DNA of 64,000 bases from a virus. Lineage: Duplodnaviria; Caudoviricetes. The translations under genes were made by a program, and so were the position numbers. Under the pieces are notes generated by a model. It saw nothing but the letters and a program-made list of their open reading frames with translations. It did not search any database and was not told where the DNA came from. Positions 62,862 through 64,000 of the stretch are shown here, one piece after another; the stretch's first letter is position 1; every line of letters starts with the position of its first letter. Where the stretch lies: the IMG/VR virus record IMGVR_UViG_3300027819_000006; one strand, given 5' to 3'.

Positions 62862-63762
62862 TAAGTTCTTTCTTTACTCTAGTTGTAATGTCATATTCAA
62901 TTAAATTGTGCTCTACTGCTTCAAAAGCTTTGTTTCCAAGATCAGCTATATCTTCTTTTATGTTAATCCAATCTACATAGCTAACTTTGATTCCATAGTT
63001 ATAGAAATCATCAGACATCTTTAAAGCTTTATCTTCAGCATCAGGATCTAGACATATTGCTACATCTGTTTCATTTTTTATGATCATTTTAAACAATCTA
63101 GACTTTGTATTTAGAGTAGATCCTAATAGTGGCACAGCATTGCTGTCTAGAACCATATAGTCAAATATGCCTTCTACTATATATAATCTTTTAGACCAGT
63201 CTATATTCCACTCATTGAAAATAATTTTAGTCTTATCCTGTTCAAAATTGATGTATGAATTATTCTTTCTAATAGATCTTGTAATGTAGTAGTTCAGATT
63301 GAAATTTTTGTCATATGAGGGTATGAGTATTCTTTCATTCAAGATGTTGTAGTGAATGTTATATTTCATAACATTTTCTTGCTTTACATTTCTACTTACT
63401 ACATAGTTATATGCAGCAGAATATAGTTTGCTTTTCTGTTTATGATACAAATTTTTATAGTTGTCTGGAATATATGGCTTTTTGACTACTTCTTTTTTGT
63501 TGTCAAAAACATTATCTATATCTCCAGCAATTTCTTTTCTTATTCTTTTTGCTACATCTGCTCTACCAGCTTTTCGAAGTATAGAATAGATGTTTCCTTT
63601 TTCGTTGCAACTCCAACAATGAGCAACAAATTTTTTGACATTGATCACTAGATGAGGTCTTGGATGTTTGCAAAAAGGGCACATAAAAGTTATATCTTCT
63701 TTGATGTGATAAGATTCTGGCTCTCCAAACACTTCAACTAAGTTTTTGATCAAGTCTGTCAT
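62797..63762 (-). CDS. DNA primase (Zn finger + TOPRIM)
   Basis: CPFCKH...AHCWSC, YIVEGIFD and CLDPDA. Confidence 0.9.
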   Translation of the reverse strand: MTDLIKNLVEVFGEPESYHIKEDITFMCPFCKHPRPHLVINVKKFVAHCWSCNEKGNIYSILRKAGRADVAKRIRKEIAGDIDNVFDNKKEVVKKPYIPDNYKNLYHKQKSKLYSAAYNYVVSRNVKQENVMKYNIHYNILNERILIPSYDKNFNLNYYITRSIRKNNSYINFEQDKTKIIFNEWNIDWSKRLYIVEGIFDYMVLDSNAVPLLGSTLNTKSRLFKMIIKNETDVAICLDPDAEDKALKMSDDFYNYGIKVSYVDWINIKEDIADLGNKAFEAVEHNLIEYDITTRVKKELNGHSTNSSHRRSSFTSLQEAY

Positions 63763-64000
63763 TTCGATGTTCTTCTATATATGCTAAACTTATTACAATA
63801 GAATCTGTCACGTCTGCTGCTTGGTTAATCCACTTGTTTTTGTTTTTATCAAATAGATTTTCCAAATTAAACCTTGCAGTAATTTTTTCAAATGCAAAAT
63901 CTTTAGCTTTTACACCTTTTGGCACTTTTTCATTCAAAGCTAATTTTCTTGCATGCAATACATTTATATGTTCTGGTTTGATACCAAAAATACAATAGCA
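63734..64000 (-). CDS. RuvC-like Holliday junction resolvase (partial, runs off the window)
   Basis: FGIKPEHINVLHARKLAL...ADVTDSIVISLA; the frame is open to the window edge. Confidence 0.6.
   Translation of the reverse strand, partial: CYCIFGIKPEHINVLHARKLALNEKVPKGVKAKDFAFEKITARFNLENLFDKNKNKWINQAADVTDSIVISLAYIEEHRNDRLDQKLS

Noticed and set aside
1-64000. Stop-codon reassignment (TAG or TGA), as in some jumbo phages
   Set aside because: Long core genes are intact in the standard code and TAG, TGA and TAA all end genes at sensible points; the apparent gaps are explained by introns and tmRNA.
1-64000. CRISPR array or tRNA genes
   Set aside because: No regularly spaced repeat-spacer units and no complete cloverleaf were found by eye; the only CCA-ended acceptor stem belongs to tmRNA.

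Overview
AT-rich window from a large (jumbo-type) tailed dsDNA phage with a T4-like head module. Essentially all real genes are on the minus strand and read with the standard code. From left to right: (1) 1-12 kb, early/accessory genes behind repeated TTTACT-N17-TATATT promoters, including an RNA-repair pair (Rnl1-type ligase, HD-kinase Pnk) with a GIY-YIG endonuclease between a full ligase gene and a truncated duplicate. (2) 12-34 kb, head morphogenesis: major capsid protein, scaffold, prohead protease, portal with two inteins and large terminase, plus ribosomal protein bS21 and about 20 small ORFs sharing an N-terminal 'MT(I)KQL(R/K)xxIKEE' leader. (3) 34-47 kb, MoxR-vWA pair, ADP-ribosyltransferase-like protein, a tandem truncated plus complete tmRNA, an ArgRS N-domain minigene, a PrkA-YeaH-SpoVR operon, Thg1 and a CCA-enzyme remnant. 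(4) 47.7-51.3 kb, a glycosyltransferase gene that the ORF track misses: it is split by six group I introns (micro-exons of 15 and 16 nt), and three of the introns carry small non-endonuclease ORFs. (5) 53-64 kb, a homing-type endonuclease preceded by a covarying pseudoknot RNA motif also found at 24.6 kb, a 1265-aa fibre-like protein with nested 'Russian-doll' CBM-like domains, an Mre11-Rad50 fusion, primase and a partial RuvC. All family assignments come from motif recognition by eye; no database searches or folding computations were run.
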